This document shows, piece after piece, positions 25,487-33,309 of a DNA stretch of 64,000 nt. Source of the stretch: an uncultured Eubacteriales bacterium (lineage in GTDB: Bacteria > Bacillota > Clostridia > Peptostreptococcales > Anaerovoracaceae); the NCBI GenBank assembly GCA_902795135.1, contig CADBJW010000002.1, positions 23,529 through 87,528 of the forward strand. Reading direction: 5' to 3'. Made by a program: the position numbers and the translations under genes. The first letter of the stretch is position 1, and each line of letters begins with the position of its first letter. The notes beneath the pieces were generated by a model. That model was not told the origin of the DNA. It did not search any database and saw only the letters and a program-made list of their open reading frames with translations.

Positions 25487-26815
25487 CTATCCTATTATTT
25501 TCTTAATCAACAACCTTGGTTCCGGTCTGATTTGATCTATTGCAAAAGCCTCCGCCGCTTCTCCCGCGGCCCGCTCTGTTTTTTCCAGATCGTTGCCGTA
25601 CAATGTACAGAGAATATCCCCCCTGCGGACTTCATCACCGCATTTACGACGCAGCACAATGCCTGCTGACAGGTCCACGGAATCTTCTTTTTTCTCTCTT
25701 CCTGCACCGGTATGCTGGGAGGCTAGACCAATTTTCATGGCATCCAGCCCGTGGATGTATCCATCCGCTTTTGCCGGAACATCGATCGCGATTCCTGCCT
25801 GCGGAAGCAGCCCGTAATCGTCTGCGATCGCAGGATTTCCACCCTGACCGCTGACAAAGCTTTTGAATCGCTCCAAAGCATCTCCGCTGGCCAAAGCCTT
25901 GGCTGCCGCTTCGCGGCCCTTTGCCATACCTTCTTCCATATCAAGACCTGCGGTTCCCGCTGCGCCTCCTAAATAGACCATCATGCCGGCGAGCTGAAGG
26001 GACAGTTCGGTAATGTCCTCCGGTCCCTTTCCCTTGAGAACGTCAATGGCTTCCATCACTTCGAGAGCATTGCCAACGGCATTTCCCAGTGGCTGTTCCA
26101 TGTCGGAAATGATTGCCATGGTTTTTTTGCCGCTGCTGTTTCCGATTTCGACCATAAGCCGTCCCAGCTTCTCTGCCTCTTCTTCCGTCTTCATAAAGGC
26201 GCCGCTGCCGCATTTGACGTCCAGCAGTATGGCGTCCGAACCGGAGGCTAGTTTTTTGCTCATGATACTGGATGTGATCAGGCTGAGATTTTCCACGGTC
26301 CCGGTAACATCACGCAGAGCATAGATCTTTTTGTCCGCCGGTGCGATGTGACCGGTCTGTCCGATCACCGCGATGCCTCGCTGGTTAACCTGGTTAATAA
26401 AATCACATTCTTCCATAGAAGTATGAAACCCCGGTATGGACTCCAGCTTATCGACGGTTCCGCCGGTAAAGCCAAGTCCCCGGCCGCTCATCTTGGCAAC
26501 CGGTACGCCGCATGCCGACGCAAGGGGTCCTACGATCAGCGTCGTTTTATCACCGACACCACCTGTGCTGTGTTTGTCTACTTTGATTCCCTCAATACCG
26601 CTCAAATCAACGGTATCACCGGATCTGCGCATGAAATCCGTCAGGGCAATGGTTTCTTCTTTGTTCATGCCCTGAAAGTATACAGCCATAAGAAAAGCGG
26701 CCATTTGATAATCCGGAATGCTTCCATCCGTATATCCATTGACCATGTATCGGATTTCTTCATCGGATAAAATAATGCCGTTTCTTTTTTTCGTTATTAC
26801 TTCAACTGTGTTCAT
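25487..26815 (-). CDS. pdp: Pyrimidine-nucleoside (thymidine) phosphorylase
   Basis: About 442 aa from ATG 26815 (GAGG upstream). Motifs: KKRNG..LSDEEI, DKHSTGGVGDKTTL, SGRGLGFTGGT. Confidence 0.9.
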   Translation of the reverse strand: MNTVEVITKKRNGIILSDEEIRYMVNGYTDGSIPDYQMAAFLMAVYFQGMNKEETIALTDFMRRSGDTVDLSGIEGIKVDKHSTGGVGDKTTLIVGPLASACGVPVAKMSGRGLGFTGGTVDKLESIPGFHTSMEECDFINQVNQRGIAVIGQTGHIAPADKKIYALRDVTGTVENLSLITSSIMSKKLASGSDAILLDVKCGSGAFMKTEEEAEKLGRLMVEIGNSSGKKTMAIISDMEQPLGNAVGNALEVMEAIDVLKGKGPEDITELSLQLAGMMVYLGGAAGTAGLDMEEGMAKGREAAAKALASGDALERFKSFVSGQGGNPAIADDYGLLPQAGIAIDVPAKADGYIHGLDAMKIGLASQHTGAGREKKEDSVDLSAGIVLRRKCGDEVRRGDILCTLYGNDLEKTERAAGEAAEAFAIDQIRPEPRLLIKKIIG

Positions 26816-26840
26816 GATGGACCTCGTCAAATATATATCA

Positions 26841-26868
26841 ATTATATCATTGAATCGAAAGATTTGAA
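26841..26868 (-). promoter_or_regulatory. Candidate sigma-A promoter of pdp (TTCAAA-16-TATAAT)
   Basis: rc of 26841-26846 is TATAAT and rc of 26863-26868 is TTCAAA. It sits between the preA terminator and the pdp start. Confidence 0.4.
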
Positions 26869-26902
26869 CTCAATCCCATAAAAATAATGCAAAAAAGCAA
26901 AC

Positions 26903-26945
26903 AAAAAAAGCGTTTGCGCTATGAGTCTCCCCACAGCGCAAACGC
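26903..26945 (-). terminator. Rho-independent terminator after preA
   Basis: GCGTTTGCGCT 26910-26920 pairs with AGCGCAAACGC 26935-26945. On the minus strand the hairpin is followed by TTTTTTT (26903-26909). Confidence 0.85.
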
Positions 26946-26981
26946 ATGCCATTATATACGAAAGTGTAGCCTTAGAAATTC

Positions 26982-28340
26982 TTACTCATACTGAGCCTTC
27001 AGGGCCAACTTCTTTTCTTTTCTGGCATCCTTCTTGAACTTGATGTGTGTTGCATCGTTTGCTTCACGAACGGCTACGCCGTTTTCGTCACGAACCTTCC
27101 ACTTGATTTCTCCCGGAGTAATGCATCCCTGTACAGGACATACATTCAGGCAGAGGTGGCATCCAACACAATTATCGTTCAGTTCCGGTCTTCTCTTCTT
27201 TTCGTTCCAGTCAATTGCCTGGTGAGCTGCATCGTAGCAGGAGATGTAGCATCTGCCGCATCCGATACATTTCTTTTCGTCAAAGGCAGGCAGAACCTTG
27301 TAGTCACGGTTCAGGTCTTCTGCCGGAATCAGGTTCGGCAGAGCGCATCCGATGAATTCATCAAGGTGATCATATCCCTTTTCATCCATGAAGTGCATCA
27401 GACCAGATGCCATATCTTCGACGATTCTGTATCCATACTGCATGATGGCTGTGGTTACCTGGATGTTTCTGCATCCAATTGCCAGGAATTCCGCAACGTC
27501 TCTCCAGGTTTCGATCCCGCCGATACCGGACATTTCGTGTCCATGCCCGAAGTTCCACTTGCCTTCCTTCGCCATTCTCTGGATTTCTTCATCCTGCTGT
27601 ACCTGCGTACAGAATCTGAGAGCAATTGGCTTTACAGCAGCTCCGGAGTAACCGGAAATGGATGACTTACCATCAACAACCGGCATACCTGTGTTGTTTT
27701 CAAAATCGATATTGGTAATCGATTTGATCGTATTGATGGCAGATACTGCAGCCGCTCCACCCTTGAGAGCTGCTCTGGCATGTTCTTCCATGTTCTTGCA
27801 GTTTGGTGTCATTTTAGCAACGAACGGAATATGAGGAACGGTTTCTGCAACAGCTCTGGAATAGGATTCTACCAGTTCGTTGTTTGTACCAACGTCAGAA
27901 CCCATGTCGTGGGAAGTCATCTGAGGACATGAGAAGTTACCTTCAATGATCTTTGCACCTGCTTCATCAGCCATCTTAGCCAGCTTCTTCCATTCATCAA
28001 CGGAAGAACCCATGATGGAAGCAACTGTAATGTGTTCCGGATAATCTCTGATCAGTCTGTACATGTATTCAAAGTTCAGTTCTGTCGGTTTATCGGAAAT
28101 CTGTTCCATGTTCTTAAAACCAACCCAAGGGAGACCTTCTTTGTTTGTCTGGTCAAATCTTGGTGAACATTCATCTGCTACGAAGATTCCGACGGTCTTA
28201 AAGAAGCAGCCGCCCCATCCTGTTTCATAGCACTTTGCAACCATGTCGTAATTTCCGCCTACCGGTGATGATGAAAGGAAGAACGGATTCAGACAATCAA
28301 CACCCAGATATTTCAATGATAAATCTTTCTTAACTGCCAT
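26982..28340 (-). CDS. preA: Dihydropyrimidine dehydrogenase PreA-like subunit (DHOD-family FMN domain + 2x[4Fe-4S])
   Basis: 452 aa. Active-site string NFSCPQM. C-terminal CIGCGRCYISC and CVGCHLCLNVCP ferredoxin motifs. Confidence 0.8.
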   Translation of the reverse strand: MAVKKDLSLKYLGVDCLNPFFLSSSPVGGNYDMVAKCYETGWGGCFFKTVGIFVADECSPRFDQTNKEGLPWVGFKNMEQISDKPTELNFEYMYRLIRDYPEHITVASIMGSSVDEWKKLAKMADEAGAKIIEGNFSCPQMTSHDMGSDVGTNNELVESYSRAVAETVPHIPFVAKMTPNCKNMEEHARAALKGGAAAVSAINTIKSITNIDFENNTGMPVVDGKSSISGYSGAAVKPIALRFCTQVQQDEEIQRMAKEGKWNFGHGHEMSGIGGIETWRDVAEFLAIGCRNIQVTTAIMQYGYRIVEDMASGLMHFMDEKGYDHLDEFIGCALPNLIPAEDLNRDYKVLPAFDEKKCIGCGRCYISCYDAAHQAIDWNEKKRRPELNDNCVGCHLCLNVCPVQGCITPGEIKWKVRDENGVAVREANDATHIKFKKDARKEKKLALKAQYE

Positions 28341-28341
28341 T

Positions 28342-29604
28342 CTATTTCACTCCTTTCTTTTCCAGATAAGCAATGATCGATGCTGCAGCTTCTTTACCTT
28401 CTGCTACCGCTTCAACGACTGTCTTTCCGCCGTTAACGATATCGCCTGCTGCGAAGAACTTGCCGCCGGCTTTGCCGCCTTTCTTAACTTTTACGAAGCC
28501 CTTTTCGTTAACGTCTACGCCGTATGCACTCTGGTCTTCCGGTTTCTGTCCGGTTGCAAATACCAATGCATCACAGCTGAATTCTGCCTTTGCTTTCTTG
28601 TCATAGAATCCAACTGCTTCAACCTTGTTCATCTTTGTCTTTGTTCCGATTGCTGCTACAGGATACAGTCCTGTTGTGATTCCAATGCCAAGTGACAGAG
28701 CATAGTGGAATTCATTGATGTTTGCCGGAGCTTCTTCGATGGTTCTTCTGTAGAGGATTCTAACATCCTCTGCGCCCAGCAGTTTTGCTGTAACGGCACA
28801 GTCGATTGCTACGTCACCACCGCCGACTACGATAACTCTCTTGCCAGGATCGAAGTCCTTTTTCTTCGTTCTTGCCTGTTTCAGATAGTCAACTGCGGAA
28901 TAAACGCCCTTGAGTTCTGCGCCCTTCAGTTTCGGAAGGTTTGCGTCCCAAAGTCCTGTTCCTACAAATACTGCGTCGAATGCTTCCAGATCTTCAGCCT
29001 TTGCTTCTGTGTTGAATACGAACTTTACGCCAAGGCCCTTTACCTGAGCGATATCGTGATCAACGACTGACTGCGGGAGTCTGGATGGAACGATTCCATA
29101 GGTCAGCATTCCGCCTGCTTTTTCTTCTCTTTCAAAGATCGTTACTTTGTAACCAGCCTTTGCCAGTTCTGCTGCACATGCCAGGGATGCAGGGCCTGCA
29201 CCAACACATGCAACCTTTTCAGCCTGCTTCTTTGAAGGAGCTTTGAGGGTCTTCATCTTAAACAGCTTTTCCTGTTCGATTGCGTATCTCTGTAACTTAC
29301 CGATTTCGATAGGTCTGTCAATGCCGCATCTTGAGCATGCTTCTTCGCAAAGATTGTCATAAGGACATACTCTAGCGCATGATCCGCCGAGAACGTTGTT
29401 TTCACGAATGGTCTCTGCAGCGCCTTTTACGTTCCTGAACCGGATCGATCTTATGAATTTAGCAGGATCCGTTCCAGCGGGACATCCCTTACTGCAAGGT
29501 GCATCGTGGCAGAGCAGACATCTTGCTGCTTCTTCGAGAGCTGTTCTGTGAGTGAAACCAGGAACAGCTTCAGCAGTGTACTTTGCTTTTACTACTTTAC
29601 TCAA
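28342..29604 (-). CDS. preT: Dihydropyrimidine dehydrogenase PreT-like subunit (glutamate-synthase small-chain-like FAD/NAD oxidoreductase with N-terminal Fe-S motifs)
   Basis: 420 aa with a TTG start 7 nt after AGGAGG. Motifs: CLLCHDAPCSKGCP, VACVGAGPASLACA and VIVVGGGDVAIDCA dinucleotide folds. A 1-nt gap separates it from preA. Confidence 0.75.
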   Translation of the reverse strand: MSKVVKAKYTAEAVPGFTHRTALEEAARCLLCHDAPCSKGCPAGTDPAKFIRSIRFRNVKGAAETIRENNVLGGSCARVCPYDNLCEEACSRCGIDRPIEIGKLQRYAIEQEKLFKMKTLKAPSKKQAEKVACVGAGPASLACAAELAKAGYKVTIFEREEKAGGMLTYGIVPSRLPQSVVDHDIAQVKGLGVKFVFNTEAKAEDLEAFDAVFVGTGLWDANLPKLKGAELKGVYSAVDYLKQARTKKKDFDPGKRVIVVGGGDVAIDCAVTAKLLGAEDVRILYRRTIEEAPANINEFHYALSLGIGITTGLYPVAAIGTKTKMNKVEAVGFYDKKAKAEFSCDALVFATGQKPEDQSAYGVDVNEKGFVKVKKGGKAGGKFFAAGDIVNGGKTVVEAVAEGKEAAASIIAYLEKKGVK

Positions 29605-29654
29605 TTTAATTCCTCCTTTTCAGGTGCTACCCTTAGCGTTTCAGCCGCAGATAG

Positions 29655-29693
29655 CAAACTGGCGGGAAAGGATTTCCCGTCAGTTTGATTATA
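29655..29693 (-). promoter_or_regulatory. TATAAT -10 box abutting a 33-bp near-perfect palindrome upstream of preT; candidate operator or leader hairpin
   Basis: rc of 29688-29693 is TATAAT. CAAACTGGCGGGAAA 29655-29669 pairs with TTTCCCGTCAGTTTG 29673-29687 (14/15 complementary, 3-nt centre). Confidence 0.45.
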
Positions 29694-29713
29694 GCCTTTT
29701 AAGTTCGCTCCGA

Positions 29714-31015
29714 CTAAAATTCAGGTGATGCGTCGCACTTCAGAACAGCGTTCAGAGTTGCAGTAGCAGCAGCTGTGCAGTCTTCGTCTGATACGTGTTC
29801 AGGTTCGCAGTGTGACAGACCATCCTTTGTTCTTGAGAAGATCATGGTTGTAGGGATCATGTATGCGCAGAACTGTGCGTCATGGCCAGCGCCTGACAGG
29901 ATCTTCTGCCACTTAGCTCCCATTTCTTCCATGGATTCTTCTACGAATCCGATCAGTCTGGAATCGAATGGAACTGGATCTCTCTTCCACTGTTCTTCGA
30001 TGTCGCATGTGCACTGCTGATACATTTCGCCAGCCATTTCCTTCAGGATTTCCATGCACTTGTCCAGAACTTTCTGATCAGGGTGTCTTACATCCAGTGA
30101 GAATTCTGCTTCGTCAGGAATGCAAGTGTGGATGCAAGGGTGTACATAAATTTCACCAGTTGTGAATACGAATTCATATTCGCTTTCGCCGCTTTCAATC
30201 AGTTCCTTGTTGTAAGCGTCATATCTCTCATGCAGCTTGCAGAGGAATTCTGCTGCAGCGTGCAGAGCGTCATGTCTCTTAGCCATTGGGAATGTACCAG
30301 CATGAGCAGTGAATCCGTGGAATCTTACTCTGTAGTTGAACATACCCATTACGAGCTGTACAGCACCGATTTCATTGCCGTTGTCTTCAAGGATAGGGCC
30401 CTGTTCCAGATGAGTTTCGAACATAGCGCAATATTTGTCAGGGCTGATTCTGTTAGCCTTGTCGCCTTTGTACTTGGATGCTGCCAGAGCTTCACCAAAG
30501 TTTGCGAATTCTGACTTATCCATTGGCTTTGAAGCCATCATGTTGTCATATTCGAAGTTTGGCTTCAGATAATCAGGCAGATAGTCATAGCAAATGATAC
30601 CGGATACCATCATTGCAGGCGGATACAGGGATCCTTCTTCGTTTGTCCAGATCATAGCTGTGAGCGGGTGCTTATGAGGAATGTTTTCAGCAGCTACTGT
30701 TTCCAGTACTTCCATACCAGTCATAACACCTTCGATACCGTCGTAGTTACCACCGTTCTTTACGGAGTCACAGTGGGAACCCATAACGATTCTCTTAGCG
30801 TTAGGATCGGAACCTTCCAGTGTTGCATACAGGCATGCACAGTCGTCGCATTCGATCTTAGCGCCAATGGCTTCCATACGTCTAACGAATTCGTCTCTCG
30901 CCATGTGTGCTTCTGGTGACAGGGAATATCTTGTGATTCCACCGTGACCTGCATCACCAAACTGAGCAAAAGTTTTGATTTTGTCAGACATTCTCTCTAA
31001 ACTACACTTATACAT
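29714..31015 (-). CDS. M20-family Zn amidohydrolase (N-carbamoyl-beta-alanine / N-carbamoyl-L-amino acid / allantoate amidohydrolase type)
   Basis: 433 aa. AGGAGG before ATG 31015. Family signature MGSHCDSVKNGGNYDGIEGV. Confidence 0.8.
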   Translation of the reverse strand: MYKCSLERMSDKIKTFAQFGDAGHGGITRYSLSPEAHMARDEFVRRMEAIGAKIECDDCACLYATLEGSDPNAKRIVMGSHCDSVKNGGNYDGIEGVMTGMEVLETVAAENIPHKHPLTAMIWTNEEGSLYPPAMMVSGIICYDYLPDYLKPNFEYDNMMASKPMDKSEFANFGEALAASKYKGDKANRISPDKYCAMFETHLEQGPILEDNGNEIGAVQLVMGMFNYRVRFHGFTAHAGTFPMAKRHDALHAAAEFLCKLHERYDAYNKELIESGESEYEFVFTTGEIYVHPCIHTCIPDEAEFSLDVRHPDQKVLDKCMEILKEMAGEMYQQCTCDIEEQWKRDPVPFDSRLIGFVEESMEEMGAKWQKILSGAGHDAQFCAYMIPTTMIFSRTKDGLSHCEPEHVSDEDCTAAATATLNAVLKCDASPEF

Positions 31016-31050
31016 AACTCATCCTCCTTTTTGAATGAAAATTTATTATC

Positions 31051-31074
31051 GTAATCGGTTGTGAAACCAGTTAC
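31051..31074 (-). promoter_or_regulatory. Imperfect inverted repeat in the 5' leader of the M20 gene; candidate LacI-family operator
   Basis: GTAATCGGTT-GTGA-AACCAGTTAC, with arms complementary at 8/10 positions. It lies between the -10 (31089-31094) and the RBS. Confidence 0.3.
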
Positions 31075-31088
31075 ATACATCTATTTTT

Positions 31089-31116
31089 ATTATATTGTAT
31101 TTTCTGAAAATTACAA
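31089..31116 (-). promoter_or_regulatory. Candidate sigma-A promoter of the M20 gene (TTGTAA-16-TATAAT)
   Basis: rc of 31111-31116 is TTGTAA and rc of 31089-31094 is TATAAT. Confidence 0.5.
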
Positions 31117-31139
31117 GCCTTTTCCATAAAAAAAAGGCT
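31105..31139 (-). terminator. Weak terminator-like hairpin after the DHOD-like gene
   Basis: AGCCTTTT 31116-31123 pairs with AAAAGGCT 31132-31139. On the minus strand it is followed by UGUAAUUUUCA. The stem is AU-rich, so confidence is low. Confidence 0.35.
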
Positions 31140-31141
31140 GT

Positions 31142-32251
31142 TTACCAGCCTAATTTTAACTTATTTGCGGGACAAATCGATACACACAATCCACATCCAG
31201 TACATTTTCCCTTATCAATGCTTATTTTCCCGCTTGTTCTAGTGACCGCCTTATAGATGCACAAATCGATGCATTTACTGCAGTTTTCCGTGCAAAGCGT
31301 GCTGTTTACAGTGCTGATCGACGGTTCATACTTCATTTCATCAAAGGATTTCAGATTTTTAAGTGCAGCTCCCCTGATATCTGAGATGTTCTTCAGGTTA
31401 TGATTTTGTGCCCAAACTTCTAATTCTTGTACAATCTTGCGGATTATACCATATCCCTCCGTTATGACACTAGTTCCAACCTGAACCACGTTTGCACCCA
31501 GCATCATATATTCCACAGCATGACGGCCTGTGCTGACCCCGCCTACACCGCAGATCGGAATGTCCACAGTCTGCGCGATGGTAGCTACGGATGCCAGCCC
31601 CAAAGGCCTGATATATTCCCCGGAAATCCCTCCATAGGTAAACAGTGCCGGTGAGGCGGACTCGATGTCCACGCCGAGAATGCCTCTTACCGTATTAATG
31701 GCCGTGACCCCGGATCCATTTGCCGCTTTTACAGCCTTTGCAACTTTCGCAATATTGGTGGTGTTCTGTGACAATTTCACGGTAACCGGTATTTTTACTG
31801 CCGAAACGACTGCTTTTGTCATATCGTAAATGGTATTCGCATCCGATGCGACGACTTCCAGCGATTCAACAGCCGGATTGGAAACGCTGAGTTCAATGCC
31901 ATCAGCTCCAAATTTTTCCATTTTACTTGCCATATAGGCGAGTTCCGAAGGAGAATGGCCTGAAATGCTGGCGATGACCACACCGCCCTTTGCCTTGGCG
32001 ATGCGCATTTCACGCTCCCAGCCTTCAATCTGTATATCGCTGTAAAGCCGAATGTTTTGGGCTCCCATTTCATCTGCGGCAATGCGCGGGCGTACATCCA
32101 TTACCGTATCGCTTACGATACTCTCTGTTACGACGGCACCTGCACCGCTGTCAAGAGATGCGCGGATACTTGCCCCATCCCGGTTCCATGGACCAGCAGC
32201 GACGACAATGGGATTCTCCAGTTCTATTCCCAGAAAATTTGTTTTTAGCAT
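31142..32251 (-). CDS. DHOD/DPD-family flavoprotein paralog with a C-terminal ferredoxin-like domain; substrate unknown
   Basis: 369 aa from ATG 32251 (AGGAGAG RBS; TAATG overlap with the lacI-family stop). MLKTNFLGIELENPIVVAAGPW is PyrD/PreA-like. The aligned active-site string is ELSVSNP, not NFSCP. Cys motifs: CTENCSKCIDLC and CTGCGLCVSICP. Confidence 0.7.
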   Translation of the reverse strand: MLKTNFLGIELENPIVVAAGPWNRDGASIRASLDSGAGAVVTESIVSDTVMDVRPRIAADEMGAQNIRLYSDIQIEGWEREMRIAKAKGGVVIASISGHSPSELAYMASKMEKFGADGIELSVSNPAVESLEVVASDANTIYDMTKAVVSAVKIPVTVKLSQNTTNIAKVAKAVKAANGSGVTAINTVRGILGVDIESASPALFTYGGISGEYIRPLGLASVATIAQTVDIPICGVGGVSTGRHAVEYMMLGANVVQVGTSVITEGYGIIRKIVQELEVWAQNHNLKNISDIRGAALKNLKSFDEMKYEPSISTVNSTLCTENCSKCIDLCIYKAVTRTSGKISIDKGKCTGCGLCVSICPANKLKLGW

Positions 32252-33309
32252 TAGAACATCTCTCCTATTCTTTCCTTGTGACCACATGATTTTCGAATGC
32301 GCATCTTTGTTTTTAATATGATATGCTTCGGCGTTGATTCCTCGCCGTTTTTTTCTTTTTCCTCAATCAGGTCGAATAGAATTCGCGCGCCATAAATGCC
32401 CATGAGCCGGTACGGCTCCTCAACCGTCGTCAATTTTGGTTCCATGAGATTTGACATTTTGTAGTTCCCGAACCCTACGATTGCTATGTCATCCGGTATG
32501 CAAAGGCCGCAGTCTTTGACGGCATCCATTGCGCCGTAAGCGATTTCATCGCTGGAAGCAAAAATGGCATCCAGCTGATCTCCCGGCACATCGCTTCCCG
32601 GGCTTGTAAACTCAGAAATCATTCTCTTCGCACCGATATAGCCGCCTTCAATACTGTTTTCTACGTCGTAGACATTCTTCGACGAAAGCTTTTTCCCGCT
32701 TGCCTTCATCACATTCTTATATCCCTGCAGTATGGAATTCGCTTCGTTTTCGGGAGCGTTCCCGCAGAGCATCCCAATGGTTTCATGTCCACATTCAACC
32801 AGATGGGCCGTCATCTTCACTGCCCCGTCACGGCAATCGGCTTTTACAGAATCCCAATCGGGACGGAGCTCGTTTTCTCCGATCAAAACGGCTGGAATCT
32901 TTTCTTCCCGGATCCATGACATATATTCATCGGACAGGGAGGAATACATGAGTATGATTCCATCCACCTTCCTGGTAATGAGATGATTGATGTATTCCTT
33001 TTCGATATCCGGATCCCGCTCCATGTTGCACATAAAGGTGATATATCCCTTCTGTCTGGCAACTTCCTCGACGCCGCCTGCGATTTCCATATAGCAGGAG
33101 CCGACGGTGTGCGGTGTGACCAGCCCTATGGTTCTTGTCTTATTAAAGTTCAGCCCACGGGCAAACCAGTTTGGAGTATATTCCTCCTGGTCTATGATTT
33201 TCTGTATCCGTTCCCTTGTGGCAGGTGCTACATTCTCAGGGTGATTGAGGACCCTGGATACGGTAGCAACGGAAACGCCTGCTTTTTTTGCGATTTGTTT
33301 GATATTCAT
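32251..33309 (-). CDS. LacI-family transcriptional regulator
   Basis: 352 aa from ATG 33309 (ATGA overlap with the MFS stop). HTH MNIKQIAKKAGVSVATVSRVLN and a periplasmic-binding-protein-like effector domain. Confidence 0.85.
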   Translation of the reverse strand: MNIKQIAKKAGVSVATVSRVLNHPENVAPATRERIQKIIDQEEYTPNWFARGLNFNKTRTIGLVTPHTVGSCYMEIAGGVEEVARQKGYITFMCNMERDPDIEKEYINHLITRKVDGIILMYSSLSDEYMSWIREEKIPAVLIGENELRPDWDSVKADCRDGAVKMTAHLVECGHETIGMLCGNAPENEANSILQGYKNVMKASGKKLSSKNVYDVENSIEGGYIGAKRMISEFTSPGSDVPGDQLDAIFASSDEIAYGAMDAVKDCGLCIPDDIAIVGFGNYKMSNLMEPKLTTVEEPYRLMGIYGARILFDLIEEKEKNGEESTPKHIILKTKMRIRKSCGHKERIGEMF

